64,000 nucleotides of DNA from Candidatus Limivivens sp. (GTDB lineage: Bacteria > Bacillota > Clostridia > Lachnospirales > Lachnospiraceae). Of this stretch, positions 49,139 to 58,125 are shown in pieces (positions within the stretch are counted from its first letter, which is position 1; every line of letters starts with the position of its first letter). A program made the translations under genes and the position numbers. The notes under the pieces were generated by a model that did not search any database, was not told the DNA's origin, and saw only the letters and a list, made by a program, of their open reading frames with translations. The stretch is from the NCBI GenBank assembly GCA_034101475.1, contig JAXEJQ010000092.1, positions 446 to 64,445 of the forward strand, given 5' to 3'.

Positions 49139-49685
49139 TATCCCAGGCAAACGTAATATTCAGCACCAGGGGGCTCGCACCCTCGTTGAGATAAAAATGT
49201 TCTTTGTCCGCAAAAAGGCGTACTGCATCTCCCTGCTTTACTTCATAGCAGGTATCCTCAATGCGCAGTGTGAGAGTCCCTTTGGAAACCATGATATATT
49301 CCTCGGTATTTTCTCCCCTGGAGCTGCTGTGATAACAGCCGCCCGGCTTGATTTCAATGGCGTATCCCTCAAAATTCCGATTTTTTTCATATGGAAAGTA
49401 AACGTAAACCTGGCATTTTTCATCGGACTCCCTGGCTGTCGCCACATCCTTTGAGATCACGGAAACCGCCGGTTTGGGCTCCTGGATCAGCTCTTCAAAG
49501 GGAACCTTGATCCCGTCGATGATTTTACCGATGGTTGTCACCGTCGGATTGGATTCTCCTCTTTCGATCTGCCCCAGCATGCTCTTGCTGACACCGGTCT
49601 GCTCCGCCAGCATATCAAGGCTCATATTTTTTGCCTTCCGGATTCGTTTCAGGTTTACTGCAATGTTTTTGTCCAATGAGCTCAT
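49119..49685 (-). CDS. XRE-family HTH regulator with cupin sensor domain
   Basis: SLDMLAEQTGVSKSMLGQIERGESNPT plus cupin (EEYIMV..G.L). Confidence 0.9.
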   Translation of the reverse strand: MSSLDKNIAVNLKRIRKAKNMSLDMLAEQTGVSKSMLGQIERGESNPTVTTIGKIIDGIKVPFEELIQEPKPAVSVISKDVATARESDEKCQVYVYFPYEKNRNFEGYAIEIKPGGCYHSSSRGENTEEYIMVSKGTLTLRIEDTCYEVKQGDAVRLFADKEHFYLNEGASPLVLNITFAWDIRAERA

Positions 49686-49786
49686 CTTCCCACATCCTTC
49701 CATTTGACGCGTTGTTGTTCAATGACATAAAAAAAGAGACTGCCTGAGCAATCTCTTCTTTGAGTCCTTTTCTATTGAGATATATG

Positions 49787-50398
49787 TTAAACTGTTTTTT
49801 TCAATCCGTCAAGTTTTTTTGCCGATTTTTTCTTTTTTTCCTTTTTCACGGAATAACCGAAGGAGCCAAGCTTTTTTCCAAGGCTCCGGTATTCCCCGTG
49901 GGAATAGGCCAGAAGGCCGGTACGGTTCAGTTCAAATTTCCCTTTTTCATCCAGAAACCGCTCATCCACATGAACCGCCCGAATCCGTGCCAGAAACATA
50001 TGATGCGATCCCAGCTCCTCCACCTTTTCCACGGTACATTCCAGGTTCACCGGGCTTTCCTGTATCATCGGAGCCGAAATCTCAGAGGCCGGAACCGGCG
50101 TCAGATGCATCTCCCGGAATTTGTCCGTATCTCTTCCGGAGCGGACACCGCAGTAATCGGCTGCGCGGGCCAGCTCCTCTGTGGTCAGGTTAATGACAAA
50201 TTCGCCGGTTTCCCGGATAATCCCGTATGAATATCGCTCCGGTCGGACAGAAATGTAAGCCATAGGCGGATTCGTACAGACCGTTCCGGTCCACGCCACC
50301 GTGATAATATTGGGCTTTTCCCCCGGTCTCTGGCAGCTCACCATGACCGCCGGCAGCGGATAAAGCATATTTCCGGGTTTCCATATCTGTTTTCCCAT
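49787..50398 (-). CDS. Flavin reductase-like (DIM6/NTAB family) protein
   Basis: LYPLPAVMV, NIITVAW, SVRPERYSY, GEFVINL, GSHHMF. Start at MGKQIW (50398). Confidence 0.88.
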   Translation of the reverse strand: MGKQIWKPGNMLYPLPAVMVSCQRPGEKPNIITVAWTGTVCTNPPMAYISVRPERYSYGIIRETGEFVINLTTEELARAADYCGVRSGRDTDKFREMHLTPVPASEISAPMIQESPVNLECTVEKVEELGSHHMFLARIRAVHVDERFLDEKGKFELNRTGLLAYSHGEYRSLGKKLGSFGYSVKKEKKKKSAKKLDGLKKTV

Positions 50399-50406
50399 AG
50401 CTCCTC

Positions 50407-52059
50407 CTACTGCTGCAGCGCATTCATAAAGGCCGGAATCAGCTGTTTCTTTCTGGAGACCACTCCCGGCAGAATGACGGAATTTTTCACCTGTTCCAGA
50501 TGGAAGGCCTCTTCCACCAGGGCCTCGCTGTCCCCGCCGTAGCACAGAAGCTCCGTGGATTCGTGGATAATATCCGTCAGCATGAAAAACAGCATGGTCT
50601 CCCCATGGGAACCCAGATTTTTCTCCATATAGGGAATCAGGCGTTCCTTAATCTCCTCCAGCTCCGCCGGATTCATGGAGTTAATCTGGCCTACGCCGAA
50701 GCTGGCTTTGTTTAATTCGAACTTTTTAAAATCCTGATAGAAAATTTCTTCCGCAGACTTGCCTTTCAGGTTGCTGCCTGCGGCAAACATTTCCGACGCG
50801 AAGCTCTCACAGTCAATCCCGGCAATCCTGGCCAGCTCATTGGCCGCCATCCGGTCCAGAGCCGTACAGGTGGGTGACCGGAACATCAGCGTGTCAGAAA
50901 TAATGGCCGCGCACAGCAGTCCCGCCACATTTGATGGAATATCCAGGTTCTTTTCCTGATAAATCTGGTACATGATGGTCGCCGTACAGCCCACGGGCTG
51001 GTTCCTGAAATAAACCGGAGCCATGGTTTCCAGAGAGCCCAGTCTGTGATGATCAATGATCTCCAGAATCTCCGCGTCCTGAATGTTATCGACGGCCTGG
51101 GAAGCCTCATTGTGATCCACCAGAATCACCCGGCGGCGCTTGATCCCCAGCAGGTTCCGTCTGGATACCATCCCCACATAATGGCCGTGCTTGTCCAGAA
51201 CCGGAAAATCCCGGTATCGCTTTTTCGTCATAATATCGCGGATGGACTCCGTGTAGTCATCCAGATTAAAGGTGTACAGATGATCCTTCTTCATAAAATA
51301 CTTCACCGGCATGCTCTGATTGATCAGACGGGCCACCGTATACGTATCATGGGGCGTACTGATGACAACACAGACATGCTCCTCAGCCAGCCGCTGAATG
51401 GTTTTGGAAACCGGCGCTCCCTCACATACAATGATACAGCTCGCGTTCATTTCTATGGCGCAGAGCTGGGATTCATAACGGTTTCCAAGAATGACCAGAT
51501 CATTCTCCTCAATGTAATTCTCCATCAGATCCGGATTTGCCGCCGCAATCACCACTTTTCCGGTGGTAAAGTAAGCATGCTCATTTCCGACCACCAGACT
51601 TCCGTCCAGGGTTTCCAGAATATTTTTATACTGGGTTCTGGCTGTGGACAGAATGGCATTATCATAGACGTCCATATAAGACTGGGCAATATCGCTGATG
51701 GTAATCAGACCTTCCAGATCACAGCCATCCCGTACAATGGGAAGAGTGTTGACATTCTGAGTACGCATCAGATTCCAGGCTTTCTTCAGTGAAATGCTGT
51801 GGGGCACTCCCGGAATATGGCGAATATCCATATCCTTTACCCTGGTCCCCACATTCGGCACATAGCCGGGTGCTTCCACCTGAAACCGGTCCAGTACATA
51901 CTGGGTTTCCTGACTGATCTGACCGGCCCGCTTGGGAACAAATTCTCCCTCCTCCGTCCGGTTTTTAATATCCGCATAGGCAATGGCCGAACAGATCGAA
52001 TCGGTGTCCGGGTTTTTATGTCCAATAATATATGCGCGTTTTTTTGTCGTTTCCTGCAT
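50407..52059 (-). CDS. ppaC: Mn-dependent family II inorganic pyrophosphatase with CBS-DRTGG-CBS insert
   Basis: GHKNPDTDSI, CBS and DRTGG-like regions, LVDHNE, IDHH, SDTL, DFKKF. Confidence 0.93.
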   Translation of the reverse strand: MQETTKKRAYIIGHKNPDTDSICSAIAYADIKNRTEEGEFVPKRAGQISQETQYVLDRFQVEAPGYVPNVGTRVKDMDIRHIPGVPHSISLKKAWNLMRTQNVNTLPIVRDGCDLEGLITISDIAQSYMDVYDNAILSTARTQYKNILETLDGSLVVGNEHAYFTTGKVVIAAANPDLMENYIEENDLVILGNRYESQLCAIEMNASCIIVCEGAPVSKTIQRLAEEHVCVVISTPHDTYTVARLINQSMPVKYFMKKDHLYTFNLDDYTESIRDIMTKKRYRDFPVLDKHGHYVGMVSRRNLLGIKRRRVILVDHNEASQAVDNIQDAEILEIIDHHRLGSLETMAPVYFRNQPVGCTATIMYQIYQEKNLDIPSNVAGLLCAAIISDTLMFRSPTCTALDRMAANELARIAGIDCESFASEMFAAGSNLKGKSAEEIFYQDFKKFELNKASFGVGQINSMNPAELEEIKERLIPYMEKNLGSHGETMLFFMLTDIIHESTELLCYGGDSEALVEEAFHLEQVKNSVILPGVVSRKKQLIPAFMNALQQ

Positions 52060-52223
52060 AAGAGACCTCTTTCTTCTTTTCTGAAGCTTTTCACAGCAAC
52101 GATTATAGCATGTTTCCCTTCGTTTTTAAACCTTATCGGTTGAATTTACCGGCGGAAAATGGTATAGTTTTTAATAAGTGTTGCAGCACGGCTGCAGGTA
52201 TTTTAGAAATCAAGGAGGAAATT

Positions 52224-53144
52224 ATGTCTGAAGAACTGGAAAAAACAACTGAAACCATGGAGGATTACGCTGCCGAACTGGAAGCATCCTTCAAGCAGAT
52301 CCACGAAGGCGATATTCTCACCGGAACTGTCATCGGCGTGTCTGAAACCGAGATCACCCTGGATCTGAAATACTACACGGACGGGATCATCAAGCTGGAG
52401 GATTTCACGGACGATCCCACCTTTACCCTGAAGGACGGCGTACACATCGGCGATGAAATTTCCGCCACCGTGATTCGCAGAGACGACGGCGAAGGCCATA
52501 TCCTGCTCTCCTCCAAGGAAGCAAACGACGTTCTGGCCTGGGACAAGTTAAAACAGTACATGGATGAGAAGACCGTCCTCACGGTAAAAGTGGGCGGCAT
52601 CGTGAAATCCGGTGTTGTTGCCTACGTAGAAGGCATCCGTGGCTTTATCCCTGCTTCCAAGCTGGCTCTGAACTACGTGGAGAATCTGGACGAATGGCTT
52701 GGCCGTGAGATCCAGGTGCAGGTCATTACCGTTGACGAGGAGGATAAGAAACTGGTTCTCTCCGCCAAAGAAATCCTGCGTGAAAAGGAAGCCGAGGAAC
52801 GCAAGGCCAGAGTCTCCAATGTGGAGGTTGGTCTGGTTACGGAAGGCACCGTTGAATCCGTTAAGGATTACGGCGCATTCATCAACCTCGGGAACGGCCT
52901 TACCGGTCTGGTTCATGTTTCCCAGATCAGCGACAAGCGTGTGAAAAATCCCGCTTCTGTTCTGAAGGTGGGCGATAAGGTGAAGGTAAAGGTGATCGCA
53001 GTAAAGGACGGCAAGCTGAGCCTGAGCATGAAAGCGCTTCAGGATGTAACCGCAGAGGAGATCCAGGAAGAAACCTATGAGCTTCCGGAATCCGAAGGAC
53101 TGTCCACCAGCCTTGGCTCTCTCTTTGCCAAGTTAAAGCTGTAA
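52224..53144 (+). CDS. S1 RNA-binding domain protein (three S1 domains, rpsA-like)
   Basis: Start at MSEELE (52224, AAGGAGG RBS); RGFIPAS and FINLGNGLTGLVHVSQIS S1 motifs. Confidence 0.88.
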   Translation: MSEELEKTTETMEDYAAELEASFKQIHEGDILTGTVIGVSETEITLDLKYYTDGIIKLEDFTDDPTFTLKDGVHIGDEISATVIRRDDGEGHILLSSKEANDVLAWDKLKQYMDEKTVLTVKVGGIVKSGVVAYVEGIRGFIPASKLALNYVENLDEWLGREIQVQVITVDEEDKKLVLSAKEILREKEAEERKARVSNVEVGLVTEGTVESVKDYGAFINLGNGLTGLVHVSQISDKRVKNPASVLKVGDKVKVKVIAVKDGKLSLSMKALQDVTAEEIQEETYELPESEGLSTSLGSLFAKLKL

Positions 53145-53173
53145 TGCGTCAATCTTTTTCAGTAATTTTTTAC

Positions 53174-53202
53174 AAAAACAGGTCTGTAAAGGACCTGTTT
53201 TT
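53174..53202 (+). terminator. Rho-independent terminator after the S1 gene
   Basis: aaaaacaggtc-tgtaaag-gacctgttttt. Confidence 0.8.
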
Positions 53203-53209
53203 CGTTATT

Positions 53210-53263
53210 TTCACATTAAGTTCATCAGTTGTTCATAATTTATTCATAAATAATTGCTATACT
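53210..53263 (+). promoter_or_regulatory. Promoter with four 11-bp-phased TTCA(C/T)(A/C) boxes and an extended -10
   Basis: TTCACA 53210, TTCATC 53221, TTCATA 53232, TTCATA 53243, then TGCTATACT (53255-53263). Confidence 0.6.
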
Positions 53264-53267
53264 TTAA

Positions 53268-53375
53268 CCATCTCGAAAGAGAGATGGTCTTGCTTATGGC
53301 GTAATGGTTTCATTACACATAGATAAATTTTTTCATAATAGCCCCGGTGTACCAGACGCCGGGGCACTCCTCATT
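53268..53375 (+). ncRNA. Candidate small RNA (three hairpins, UUUUUUCAU and CUCCUC motifs)
   Basis: Follows the promoter above; hairpins at 53267-53288, 53301-53316 and 53341-53365; no RBS-led ORF. Confidence 0.4.
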
Positions 53376-53439
53376 TTATGGAGAAAATTCCCGGAAGAAC
53401 CTTCCTGACAGAACCTCCGAGAATTATCAGATTTCTTTC

Positions 53440-53973
53440 CTATCTCTCGATTCCGGATCTGGCCCGCTGCCCTTTGTCAAAGGGATGCTTGATTTTCCGA
53501 ATCTCCGACACATAATCTGCCGCTTCGATCATCTTATCACTTGGCGTATTTCCGGTGAGAATCACTTCCAGCTTTTCCGGTTTCCGTGCCAGAAATTCCA
53601 GCACCGGACGCTCATCCAGAAGCCCTGCCGTAATCGTATAAATCGCCTCGTCCAAAAAGAGCACATCGTACTCTTCTTCCACGGCCTTCCGGGTTACCTT
53701 CTGAAACTGTTCATTGTAAAATTTTCTCCGTTCCCTCTTTTCCTCCTCAGTCATCTGAAAGCTGAACTTCTCCTGATCCAGCCCGTCAACAATGGTAATA
53801 TTGGGAACCTGCTCCAGTATTTTCCGCTCGCTGGTTTTATTATTTTTCATGAACTGATAGAGCAGCACCCGGTAGCCAAAGCCTGCCGCTCTGGTAATCA
53901 GGCCCATCCCCGTTGTTGTTTTTCCCTTTCCGTTGCCGTAATAAATATGGATTAATCCCGTTTCTTTTTCCAT
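53440..53973 (-). CDS. cobO: Cob(I)yrinic acid a,c-diamide adenosyltransferase (CobO/BtuR type)
   Basis: IYYGNGKGKTT, QFMK, LFLDEA, EVILTG, KHPFDKG..AR.GIE. Confidence 0.9.
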   Translation of the reverse strand: MEKETGLIHIYYGNGKGKTTTGMGLITRAAGFGYRVLLYQFMKNNKTSERKILEQVPNITIVDGLDQEKFSFQMTEEEKRERRKFYNEQFQKVTRKAVEEEYDVLFLDEAIYTITAGLLDERPVLEFLARKPEKLEVILTGNTPSDKMIEAADYVSEIRKIKHPFDKGQRARSGIER

Positions 53974-54091
53974 TGTCTGCTCCTTTCCATAAATTCGAAC
54001 TGCACGCTGACGTACGCTGCCACTGTAAAGTTTTCTCTACAGTGGCTAGTATACCAAATTTCATGCAGGAAATCCAGACAGATTCCATTAA

Positions 54092-55156
54092 TTACAGATC
54101 CAGCTTCATATCTCCTTTGCGGATCCATTTTTTCTTTCTCATGTACTCTGAAATGATCAGAGTCAGAACCGCCGGCAGAACGAAATGCATCAGCACAATT
54201 TTAATCAGAACGACCGTTGCTCCTTCCTGGCCAACCATCGTCTGGTAGGTCATAATCTGTCCCACCAGCCCTGCAGTTCCCATACCGGAACCGGTGGCAT
54301 TATTCGTCATATGGAATACCATCGTGCCAACGGGTCCCAGAACCGCACTGGAAAGAATCGCCGGAAGCCAGATAACCGGCCGTTTCACAATGTTCGGCAC
54401 CTGAAGCATGGAGGTTCCGATTCCCTGCGCCAGAAGTCCTGCCATTTTATTCTCTCTGTAGCTTGCCACCGCAAATCCTACCATATTACAGCAGCAGCCA
54501 ACGGTTGCCGCGCCCGCCGCGAGACCGGAAAGATTCAGGATCACGCCCAGCGCTGCGGAGCTGATCGGCAGAGTCAGAATCATTCCCATCAGAACGGAAA
54601 CCACAATTCCCATGATAAAGGGCTGCTGCTCGGTTCCCCAGTTAATGATCGCACCCAGTCCGGTCATAAATCTGGAAATCGGCGGCCCCACCAGGATTCC
54701 CACAGCGGATCCCACCAGAATCGTTACAATGGGAGTAACCAGAATATCTATTTTCGTCTTTCCGGATACCAGATGGCCTGCTTCGATTGCCACATAGGCT
54801 GCAATGAAGGCTCCCAGGGGCTCACCCGGGCCGGAAAACTGGATCACACCCTCTACCAGAACGGTTCCTGCCAGAATCTTGCTGGCAAACCCGCCTACCA
54901 TGCCGGCTGTGGCAGCCGAAAGCACAACCAGGGGACTCTCCTTAAACTTATAAGCAACGCCGACACCGATTCCGGCACTGGTCATCGCTGCCGCGACCTT
55001 CCCCACCAGATAGATCATATCGCCGATATTTCCGCCGATCAGGGTACCGACCTGCTGGATAATCGTTCCGACAATCAGGGTTGAAAACAGACCCAGTGCC
55101 ATGCCGCTCAGGCCGTCAATGAACACTCGGTTTAACCATTTCTTTAATATTTTCAT
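54092..55156 (-). CDS. Stand-alone PTS EIIC-like membrane protein
   Basis: DGLSGMALGLFSTL, GEPLGAF, LTLPISSAA, GIGTSMLQVPN; no EIIA/EIIB genes adjacent. Confidence 0.75.
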   Translation of the reverse strand: MKILKKWLNRVFIDGLSGMALGLFSTLIVGTIIQQVGTLIGGNIGDMIYLVGKVAAAMTSAGIGVGVAYKFKESPLVVLSAATAGMVGGFASKILAGTVLVEGVIQFSGPGEPLGAFIAAYVAIEAGHLVSGKTKIDILVTPIVTILVGSAVGILVGPPISRFMTGLGAIINWGTEQQPFIMGIVVSVLMGMILTLPISSAALGVILNLSGLAAGAATVGCCCNMVGFAVASYRENKMAGLLAQGIGTSMLQVPNIVKRPVIWLPAILSSAVLGPVGTMVFHMTNNATGSGMGTAGLVGQIMTYQTMVGQEGATVVLIKIVLMHFVLPAVLTLIISEYMRKKKWIRKGDMKLDL

Positions 55157-55248
55157 ATCTTCCTCCTCATAAGTGACAGGTCTTTACTACTGTCTTGTCA
55201 GTTGAAAAGTCTATCACATTTTCCTGCAGAAAGCAAGATGTTTCTGTA

Positions 55249-55296
55249 CGGCGCATGTAATAGCGTATGTAACAGCGCATGTAACAGCGTATGTAA
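55249..55296. repeat. 12-bp tandem repeat (CAGCG[C/T]ATGTAA), four units
   Basis: cggcgcatgtaa tagcgtatgtaa cagcgcatgtaa cagcgtatgtaa. Confidence 0.85.
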
Positions 55297-55793
55297 CAGG
55301 AGGCAGTGCTGCAAATGTACGCCGCATAAAGGAAGTGTCCGCAGAATACCTCCATCGTACGCCGCATGTGGCAGAAGGCAGGTCCTGTGACACGCTGCGT
55401 TTCCTGCTCGGGCCGCGCGCCGATGGATTATAACACAGTTCCCTCGCGCCATTCGCAAAACGTGCCTTCGGCACTTCCCGCTGCATACGCAGCTCTTTTT
55501 GCTCATGAATTGGCGCTCCCTTCGCCAGTTCAAATTCGAATCGGTTTTTATGCGAGCATAAACCGATTCGAATTTTTCTGGCGTTGGAACTGTGGGGGCA
55601 AACTCGCCTCCGGCACTTCCCGCTGCTGCGCAGCTTAGTCTTTCAAGGGCTTCCTGCACTTTCGTGCCTTCGGCTCAAACAGACGCTCGGTGGCGGCAGC
55701 TAGCGCAGCCCTCCCGACGGAAGCCTCGCTATCGTCACATGGACTCTGTCCTTCTGTCCACATACGGCTGTACACTTGGATGTCTACTCACCT

Positions 55794-55979
55794 GGACACA
55801 TGCGGCCGTACATTTAGATGCCTTTTCCCTTGGACTCATGCGGCCGTACATTTAGATGCCTTTTCCCTTGGACTCATGCGGCCGTACATTTAGATGCCTT
55901 TTCCCTGGACTCATGCAGCCGTACATTTAGATGCCTTTTCCCTGGACTCATGCGGCCATACATTTGGATACCTCCTACC
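55794..55979. repeat. 37-38-bp tandem repeat (VNTR), five units plus a degenerate one upstream
   Basis: ggactcatgcggccgtacatttagatgccttttccct(t) starting at 55794, 55832, 55870, 55907 and 55944; no spacers. Confidence 0.93.
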
Positions 55980-56012
55980 GAACCATCTGCGCTCCAGCAA
56001 CAGAATTGCAAC

Positions 56013-56041
56013 TTTACATTTTGCTGTTCTTATTGTATGAT
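56013..56041 (+). promoter_or_regulatory. Sigma-A promoter for the serine hydrolase gene
   Basis: TTTACA-17 bp-TATGAT. Confidence 0.55.
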
Positions 56042-56100
56042 GCATATAAACTGGGAGAAATTCTCCCAGGATCCCTTCCCCTCAAGAAAGGAGTCGGAAA

Positions 56101-57450
56101 ATGCAAAACTTAAAAAAACCTCATCATCTGCTTTCCAGACTGCTTCAGACCGGCGCTGTTGTCGGAACTGCAGGTCTCCTGTATCTGGATTTAGCCAATC
56201 CCGGACTGATTGCTTCCTATATTCCGGTTTTTAAGCAGACCTCTTATATAAAGGATACATCCACAGATATCGCAGAAACAGAAGCTGGTTCATCCGGTAC
56301 AGAACCGGACTCCCCTGGTGCAGAACCAGACCCCTCTGGTACAGAACCGGACTCCCCTGGTGCAGAACCAAATTCCCCTGGTGCAGAACCAGACTCCCCT
56401 GGTACAGAACCGACCCCATCTGATACGGACTCTTTACCGTTGGAGTCTGCGGCTGCCCTGCTTTCACCGGCAGAATATATCACTGCCCACCAGTGCTGGA
56501 CCCCCTATGAGCTGGCCCCAGGCCTTTCTCTTCGTCCTTCCTGGTCTCAGCTTCAGGATGCTCTCGAAAATATGATTGAAAGCTACAGCGGCACCTGGTC
56601 TCTCTGTCTGAAGGATCTGTCCTCCGGCCGTATGATTACCATCAATGACCGCCCCCAGTCCTCTGCAAGTCTGATCAAACTGTATATTATGGGTGCTGTT
56701 CTGGAAACGATGGATCAGGAAAATCTGATTCCATATCTGTATCAGACTGACCTTGTCCGGTCTGACGTAGAGGAACTGCGGGATCTGTTGTATGAGATGA
56801 TCTCTGTCAGTGACAATGACGCTGCCAATGAACTGGTTCGCTACCTCGATCCGGAGCGCCGCCATCAGGAAGGAATGGAGTGTGTCAATTCCTTTATTCA
56901 GAGGAACGGATTTTCAGACACCCGCCAGACCAACGGTCTGGGGGATCCGGAACTCTGGTATGACCCGGATACGCTCAACGCGACTTCTGCCAAAGACTGT
57001 GTTTCTTTCCTGGAACAGGTTTATAATGGAACCATGGTTTCTCATCTGGCTTCCCGTTTTATGGAAACGTTGCTGATGGAGCAGGAAATTATTTATAAAA
57101 TTCCCTATACTCTGCCGAAGGACTCTCTGACGGCAAATAAATCCGGTGAGACCGATACCACCGAGAACGATGCCGCCATTGTCTATTCCGCCGGCGGCGA
57201 TTACATCCTTTGTATTATGTCCACCGATATCGATCTGGAAGACAAGGATCAGTCCGTGGACCAGATCCGGAATTTATCAGAAGCTGTCTATTCCTTTTTC
57301 AATCCTTCAGCAGACAGCATCATGTATAAAATAGAACATACCGTCGGTTATCCGGAAGATGAGACAGAGGAATCCCAAACTGCCGTGATCGGATCCATTG
57401 CCTATCAGGACGAACGAATTTACGAATATCACATCCGCAGAAAACCTTAA
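56101..57450 (+). CDS. Membrane-anchored serine hydrolase, class A beta-lactamase/penicillin-binding fold
   Basis: N-terminal hydrophobic segment, six 7-aa G(T/A)EPDSP repeats, SASLIK (SxxK), SDN, KSG. Confidence 0.85.
   Translation: MQNLKKPHHLLSRLLQTGAVVGTAGLLYLDLANPGLIASYIPVFKQTSYIKDTSTDIAETEAGSSGTEPDSPGAEPDPSGTEPDSPGAEPNSPGAEPDSPGTEPTPSDTDSLPLESAAALLSPAEYITAHQCWTPYELAPGLSLRPSWSQLQDALENMIESYSGTWSLCLKDLSSGRMITINDRPQSSASLIKLYIMGAVLETMDQENLIPYLYQTDLVRSDVEELRDLLYEMISVSDNDAANELVRYLDPERRHQEGMECVNSFIQRNGFSDTRQTNGLGDPELWYDPDTLNATSAKDCVSFLEQVYNGTMVSHLASRFMETLLMEQEIIYKIPYTLPKDSLTANKSGETDTTENDAAIVYSAGGDYILCIMSTDIDLEDKDQSVDQIRNLSEAVYSFFNPSADSIMYKIEHTVGYPEDETEESQTAVIGSIAYQDERIYEYHIRRKP
56296..56421 (+). 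repeat. 21-bp coding tandem repeat, six units
   Basis: ggt(a/g)cagaacc(g/a)gactcccct at 21-bp period. Confidence 0.9.
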
Positions 57451-57536
57451 TGCACCTTTTCATTGCCCTGTTCCAGTCCGTCTCTGCTGGCTTCTGCTAT
57501 TGATCTTATCTGCCGGCTGACGGATTGATTTGCAGA

Positions 57537-57715
57537 CGCAGCACCAGGATGGAACCCCTTTTCGGGACAATTTAAGGGCGGTTTTAGGCGAGGCGAGATC
57601 CACCTCCTACGCAGACTTAGCGAAGAGCGCTCTCGCGATGAGCTTAGTCGGAGTTGGAGGTTAGCTCGCCGGAGCCGTTGCCCGTGTCCCCGAAAGGGTT
57701 CCTCCTGGTGCTGCG
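57537..57715. other. 179-bp rod-like palindrome with a central bubble (MITE-like element or structured RNA)
   Basis: ~30-bp outer arms cgcagcaccagga(t)ggaacccc.tttcgggaca / tgtccccgaaagggttcctcctggtgctgcg; inner stems ggcgag/ctcgcc, cctcc/ggagg, gacttagc/gcttagtc. Confidence 0.7.
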
Positions 57716-57799
57716 GCGTCCTTCCTTCTTTACTTTCTCCATAAAATCCGCTATACTGAGACGCAAAATAGTCCATTCCCATAAGGAGGTTAAAAAGAT

Positions 57800-58066
57800 A
57801 TGTTTCGTATGTGGGGAAAAGTCTGGAAGTCCAATCATCTGCTGAAGGACTGTGTTTTTGAGGAAGAAAGCAGCGATACACGAACCCATAAGGTGTTTCG
57901 CGCACTGGATGAATTCTGCAGCCGGTTTGACCTGAGCAAGCCCATCTGGCTTGACAATAATATTGCGGATTTCCAGCGCCACAGCAAAACCCGCTTTACT
58001 CAGGACAGCTTTATCGATGCCATCGATTTCGACTATCTGGAGATTCAGGTCATTGAAGAAGACTGA
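57800..58066 (+). CDS. Small hypothetical protein
   Basis: 88 aa, AAGGAGG RBS, followed by a terminator. Confidence 0.8.
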   Translation: MFRMWGKVWKSNHLLKDCVFEEESSDTRTHKVFRALDEFCSRFDLSKPIWLDNNIADFQRHSKTRFTQDSFIDAIDFDYLEIQVIEED

Positions 58067-58076
58067 AAAATCTTTT

Positions 58077-58125
58077 AAAAAAACAGGACGCTCCCGACTG
58101 CAGTTTCGGTCAGCATCCTGTTTTT
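58077..58125. terminator. Bidirectional terminator
   Basis: aaaaaaacagga(c)gct...agcatcctgttttt. Confidence 0.65.

Larger units (their letters stand above)
55245..55980. mobile_element. ~730-bp foldback-like composite element (repeat family 2 core, inserted hairpin, repeat-bearing arms)
   Basis: Core shared with 27229-27436; inverted arms 55362-55394 / 55732-55766; long hairpin 55523-55583; tandem repeats in both flanks related in inverted orientation. Confidence 0.6.

Noticed and set aside
53267-53290. c-di-GMP-I riboswitch (ACCAUCUC-GAAA stem)
   Set aside because: The flanking GGCAAA and GACGCAAAGC elements and the second stem are absent, and no gene follows on that strand.
53974-54091. 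Cobalamin riboswitch upstream of cobO
   Set aside because: Only a single hairpin (gccactgta/tacagtggc) in 118 bp; too short and no B12-box context.
55794-55979. CRISPR array (37-38-bp repeats)
   Set aside because: Units are head-to-tail with no unique spacers and there are no cas genes. Nor do they have the variable internal segments expected of a guide-RNA array.
56101-57450. Calling the serine hydrolase an antibiotic-resistance beta-lactamase
   Set aside because: The motifs are shared with DD-peptidases; the anchor and stalk suggest a wall enzyme; no activity evidence.
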